Sequence record: OQ031495
From: Escherichia phage MRostami-2023e
Strand: one strand, 5' to 3'
Length of the DNA stretch: 64,000 nucleotides
Part shown: positions 60,177 through 64,000 of the stretch, piece after piece
How the letters are laid out: each line of letters begins with the position of its first letter
How positions within the stretch are numbered: the stretch's first letter is position 1
Position numbers and translations under genes: made by a program
The notes under the pieces: generated by a model
Databases searched by the model: none
What the model was told of the DNA's origin: nothing
The model's input: the letters and a program-made list of their open reading frames with translations, nothing else

Positions 60177-61458
60177 ATTCATCTATAATAATTTTAGGCA
60201 ATTTAACACCGAGTAAAACAGACAAGTCTGAACGTCCTGCCATTTTATCCATGTCCCCACCATCAATTATTCTCGCTTCTTTTTCGTCTTTTGCTACTGT
60301 GTAAGGATTTGCTGATAAAGCATATCTAACCAATAATCCGATAGACGGTTGCAAGCTTTCTGGATCAACTACAACTTTAAAAGCACCGACATGTTCTGGG
60401 TCATCTAAATCTACTCCTTCAGTGTATGGAGCATAAAAGATGGACCCTACAATTTCTTTTTCGCCGAGATTTTCTACAACACCCACAATAACATAATCTA
60501 ACGGGCTGTTGGTATCGCAGTAAAGAGGTAATCCATTTGCCAAGAATCCATAAGCATTTTGTGAAAGATACTTGTCATCTTCTGGCTTATGTTTTAACCA
60601 ACCAGAAGCAGCAAGAATAGCAGCTGCACGAGCTGAGGCTACACAAAACGTTGCGGTATAAGTTGTCTCTTTTTGAATGTGTGATACCATTTCACACACC
60701 ATTCGATATAATGAACGACCTGCTTCTGGAGCGGATGCATAGCTCAAGTCAATAAATCCAGTGTCAGTAATTCCAGTAACTTTATAACGTTTCGATACAG
60801 TAATTAAAGACTGAAGAATATCTTTATTAATTTCATCTGCCATTTCAGTAGCAAGCAAATCTTCTAAGAAGTTAGGGGCATCAAATCCATTCGCTTCCAA
60901 ATCTTGCGCTAATTCAACCGTGAGGCCAGTTTTAAGTTTACGAGATTTGACTGAAGTTTGCCATTTATTAATCTGGAATCTTGCATCAGAAATTTCGCTA
61001 TCAGAGCTTTCAAATTTGCTTGTTACCGCTGCATCTGAAAATAACCGTACCTTTAAATGAACGACTGCAATCTGAAGAGCTAATTCTAGATCACTTTCTT
61101 GAATATCTGCAAATGGTGTATCTTCTAACACTTTATAGACGATATTATTATATTTGAAAAAATCGCCTTTATTTAGTGTGACTTTTGATTCTTCTGTGAG
61201 CTCAGTAATTTTTTCTCGGTCTACGTATCCAGCTTCACCCGCATAAGTAGCGCCAGTTTTAAATGTGAATTCGTTATCTGGGTTAAGATATTTGATACCA
61301 TAAAAAGCAGCAACAGGTTGATTAGTTCTTTGTGTTGCTACAATGTCAGAATATATTAATTTAGTCGTAGCGCGAGTCAAAGCAACGAGATTTGGGCGAC
61401 CAATTGAGTTGCTAGTAGACGTTGTAGATTCACGCAATAATTTTTGGATTTTACTCAT
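60175..61458 (-). CDS. 24: gp24 head vertex protein
   Basis: 427 aa, same as T4 gp24; paralogous to gp23. Confidence 0.93.
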   Translation of the reverse strand: MSKIQKLLRESTTSTSNSIGRPNLVALTRATTKLIYSDIVATQRTNQPVAAFYGIKYLNPDNEFTFKTGATYAGEAGYVDREKITELTEESKVTLNKGDFFKYNNIVYKVLEDTPFADIQESDLELALQIAVVHLKVRLFSDAAVTSKFESSDSEISDARFQINKWQTSVKSRKLKTGLTVELAQDLEANGFDAPNFLEDLLATEMADEINKDILQSLITVSKRYKVTGITDTGFIDLSYASAPEAGRSLYRMVCEMVSHIQKETTYTATFCVASARAAAILAASGWLKHKPEDDKYLSQNAYGFLANGLPLYCDTNSPLDYVIVGVVENLGEKEIVGSIFYAPYTEGVDLDDPEHVGAFKVVVDPESLQPSIGLLVRYALSANPYTVAKDEKEARIIDGGDMDKMAGRSDLSVLLGVKLPKIIIDE

Positions 61459-61485
61459 TGCATTTTTTCCTTATGTGATATAGAT

Positions 61486-61493
61486 TATTTATA
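61486..61493 (-). promoter_or_regulatory. late promoter TATAAATA for gene 24
   Basis: plus-strand tatttata 28 nt upstream of the gp24 start. Confidence 0.6.
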
Positions 61494-61499
61494 AAGATT

Positions 61500-61530
61500 G
61501 TTTACAACGTATTTGGTATATGATACTATA
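61500..61530 (+). promoter_or_regulatory. early promoter
   Basis: gtttac 61500-61505; tatgatactatag. Confidence 0.5.
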
Positions 61531-61559
61531 GACTTATCAACTACAGAGGAGTAAACAAA

Positions 61560-61829
61560 ATGACTAAAGCACGTTTCTTACGAGATACTTTAAAAGTTCT
61601 GGAAGCTGAAGCAGTTAAGTTAGTAGAAAAATATGGTGCAAAAGTTAATGGTAATGCCTTCAACAAAGTATGGATGAAAGTTGATTCTGAAGCTCGAGCT
61701 AAAGGTTATTGGGCCACTGATAAACTTGCATCATTCAAAAACAAAGACGGTTCTCCGGCATATGTCCAAGAAGGTATGCCTAATTGGCAAAATATTTTGA
61801 AAACTTACATCGAAATTGCACAGAAATAA
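61560..61829 (+). CDS. hypothetical protein, at the position occupied by segD in T4
   Basis: 89-aa ORF between genes 24 and 23; no GIY-YIG motif seen. Confidence 0.5.
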   Translation: MTKARFLRDTLKVLEAEAVKLVEKYGAKVNGNAFNKVWMKVDSEARAKGYWATDKLASFKNKDGSPAYVQEGMPNWQNILKTYIEIAQK

Positions 61830-61839
61830 AACCAAAAAT

Positions 61840-61857
61840 GGGAGACCGAAGTCTCCC
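61840..61857 (-). terminator. GGGAGAC-UUCG-GUCUCCC terminator after gene 23
   Basis: minus strand reads gggagacttcggtctccc then atttttgg. Confidence 0.7.
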
Positions 61858-61881
61858 AAAATAAGATTTAATCAATTAAGA

Positions 61882-63450
61882 TTAGATGCCTTTTACATAC
61901 ACACGGCGGAAGTAAGCGTTCTTACCAAGGCTGTTCAGGATAGACGGCATACCGGACTGGATGCGAGCACCTGGAGCCTGCAGGGAACTTTCAGCAAACG
62001 GGTTAACACCGATACCGTAACGAGTTTTAAAGCCCATTACCGGCTGGAAGTTCTTAGGATCGGAACCACGCAGTGGGGTAAGTGCAACGTAAGGAGCATA
62101 GTAAATACCTGCATCCATTTCGTTAGCGCCTTTGTAACCAACGGTGAAGTAATCCTGTTTAGCATACTGGTCGATGTATACGCGGTATTTACCACCAAGT
62201 ACACCGGCAAATACAGACTTAGTAGTGTCGGTATTAAAACCAGAAGCCAGACCCTGTGCAGCGTAAGAAATACCAGTATCAACTGAAGCCAGTACGTTAA
62301 CTACGTTACGGGAAGCGATAATGAAGTTACCTTCACCACGACCGGTTTGACGAGCAATTTCAACTGCTTCTTTATCAATCTGGAACAACAGAGATTTAAA
62401 GCTTTCACCAGCCCAACGAGCACCACGGATATCAATCGGGTCCTGGAAGTCAAATACACCAGCTTTAGAACCCGGAGTCAGGGTCATACCGGATTTACCA
62501 ACCTGTGCTGAGTAGTTAATCCAATCAACAACTTCACGGTTGATTTCTAGCATAATTTCTGTAGCCAGAATACCGCTCAGTTCAGCATCAGCATCCATAC
62601 CGTGTACTGCACGGAGGTCTTGTGCTAATTCGATAGAGTAAGCAGCTTTCAGCTGGCGAGATTTAGCTTCGATAACTTGTTTATCGATACGGAAGCCCAT
62701 TTCATTCCATGGGTTATCGGTAGAACCGTTGAAACCTTCCTGGAGTTCAGCGATAGAAGTAGCCATACCTTCAGCGATTTCTACCAGTGCACCAGCTTCC
62801 ATTTGTTTCTTAACTTCTGCATCTAATTTAGCTGCATCAGTTGCACTAGAATCAAGTGTTACGATAGCAGAAGCTTGCAGATATACGGTACCAGTTTCTT
62901 GGAAGAAGTGAGTATAGATATCACCTACAACAGTAGTAGTGTCAGCAGCCAGAGCTGGGAATTTCTTAGCAGCACCCTGACCAGAGAACATCGCGTCCGG
63001 GGCATACATCGGATGGAAAGCTTCTTTAGCGCCTGCAGCGATAGGGTCTTTACCATATACTGCACGGAGAGCAAATACCTGACCGGTCGGGCTGTTCATA
63101 GGCTGAACACCACAAATATCAAAAGCAATCAGATTAGGAATAGCACGACGAACCATACCCATAACTGCCGGCCCAATTTGGGTTACTGCACCAGAGGTTT
63201 GACCTGCTGCGATGTTCTGAGCATTATAACCATGGTCACCACCAATTTCAGCTTCGGTCAAGAAAGAACCAAATGCCTGAGCGATTTTCTCGTCTTTATA
63301 TTCAGGGGATACTTCGAAATCTTTTTCCTGGTTTTCGAAGATTTTAGCGATAATAGCCTGCTTGCTATTAGCGATTTCCGGCAGGCCTTCACCTTCCAGC
63401 AGTTCTTTCCATTTGTCTACGAGCTGAGCTTTAGTTTTGATAGTAGTCAT
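61882..63450 (-). CDS. 23: gp23 major capsid protein
   Basis: 522 aa; MTTIKTKAQLVDKWKELLEGEG.. matches T4 gp23 (521 aa). Confidence 0.96.
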   Translation of the reverse strand: MTTIKTKAQLVDKWKELLEGEGLPEIANSKQAIIAKIFENQEKDFEVSPEYKDEKIAQAFGSFLTEAEIGGDHGYNAQNIAAGQTSGAVTQIGPAVMGMVRRAIPNLIAFDICGVQPMNSPTGQVFALRAVYGKDPIAAGAKEAFHPMYAPDAMFSGQGAAKKFPALAADTTTVVGDIYTHFFQETGTVYLQASAIVTLDSSATDAAKLDAEVKKQMEAGALVEIAEGMATSIAELQEGFNGSTDNPWNEMGFRIDKQVIEAKSRQLKAAYSIELAQDLRAVHGMDADAELSGILATEIMLEINREVVDWINYSAQVGKSGMTLTPGSKAGVFDFQDPIDIRGARWAGESFKSLLFQIDKEAVEIARQTGRGEGNFIIASRNVVNVLASVDTGISYAAQGLASGFNTDTTKSVFAGVLGGKYRVYIDQYAKQDYFTVGYKGANEMDAGIYYAPYVALTPLRGSDPKNFQPVMGFKTRYGIGVNPFAESSLQAPGARIQSGMPSILNSLGKNAYFRRVYVKGI

Positions 63451-63467
63451 TTGTGTTAACCTTTAAA

Positions 63468-64000
63468 TTAGAAACGAGATGCGACTTTCGCATATAAACT
63501 TACATTAGAATTCTGTTCTACCTGAGTTGTGGTAGTGTCAACTGCTTCGGCAACAAAATTAAGACCGGCAGCGTCATTGTCAACTGTATTTATACTTTCG
63601 GTAATAGCGGCTTCTTCTTTAGTAGAACCTTTAACCATTTCTACAATAGCAGTTAACTTAGTACCAAATGCGTCAGAATAATCCATACCTTCAACCAGGC
63701 CAATAACTTTTTCTTTCTGAGATTCAGTCAGGTCTTTTACGCTTTCATTAATAGCGGTTTCACGCTGAACGTAATTGATATATGCATCACGTTTGGTAAC
63801 TTCTTCGAACAAACGAGCGGTTTCTTCTTTATGTTCGGCCAGCTCTTCTTCCATTTCTGCTACAACATCTACAGATTCTTCTGGAACAACAACGTTATGT
63901 TCAACAAACAGTTCTTTCAGACCACCAAGCATGGATTCGAACAAATCAGCTTTAATGCCTTTATCAACTGCGATTTGGTTTTCTGCGAGCCATTCTTTTG
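63468..64000 (-). CDS. 22: gp22 prohead core scaffold protein, C-terminal part (5' end beyond the window)
   Basis: minus-strand frame open to the window edge; ends ..LYAKVASRF; directly upstream of gene 23. Confidence 0.75.
   Translation of the reverse strand, partial: KEWLAENQIAVDKGIKADLFESMLGGLKELFVEHNVVVPEESVDVVAEMEEELAEHKEETARLFEEVTKRDAYINYVQRETAINESVKDLTESQKEKVIGLVEGMDYSDAFGTKLTAIVEMVKGSTKEEAAITESINTVDNDAAGLNFVAEAVDTTTTQVEQNSNVSLYAKVASRF

Overview
This 64 kb window is a T4-like (Tevenvirinae-type) myovirus genome segment. It is collinear with the phage T4 map from rIIA to gene 22, read on the strand opposite to the conventional T4 orientation. Early and middle genes lie on the + strand: rIIA, rIIB, denB, ndd, topoisomerase gp52, motA, rnh, dsbA, 33, 59, 32, frd, td, nrdA, nrdB, denA, rnlA, alc, spanins, pseT, cd, 31, rIII, DNA ligase 30, alt, uvsY, inh, hoc and rnlB. 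Late structural genes are mostly on the - strand: holin t, tail fibre genes 38-37-36-35-34, baseplate genes 54-48-29-28-27-51, uvsW, 24, 23 and part of 22; gp26 and gp25 are on +. All gene identifications rest on my recollection of T4 protein sequences, lengths and gene order, not on a database search. The window is densely punctuated by GTTTAC early promoters with palindromes around the -10, TATAAATA late promoters, and GC-stem/UUCG-loop terminators. Accessory content that stands out: a complete class I DAHP synthase between pseT and cd, a NADAR-like gene overlapping a HAD-family hydrolase just upstream of DNA ligase, and a run of seven small ORFs between motA and t. Three non-essential genes (rIIB, td, rnlB) have reading frames broken by what look like single-base indels. 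No introns or homing endonuclease genes are visible at the positions where T4 carries them. Thirteen N blocks (8 to 337 nt) mask parts of several genes and limit inference there. I saw no tRNA, CRISPR array, integrase or transposase.
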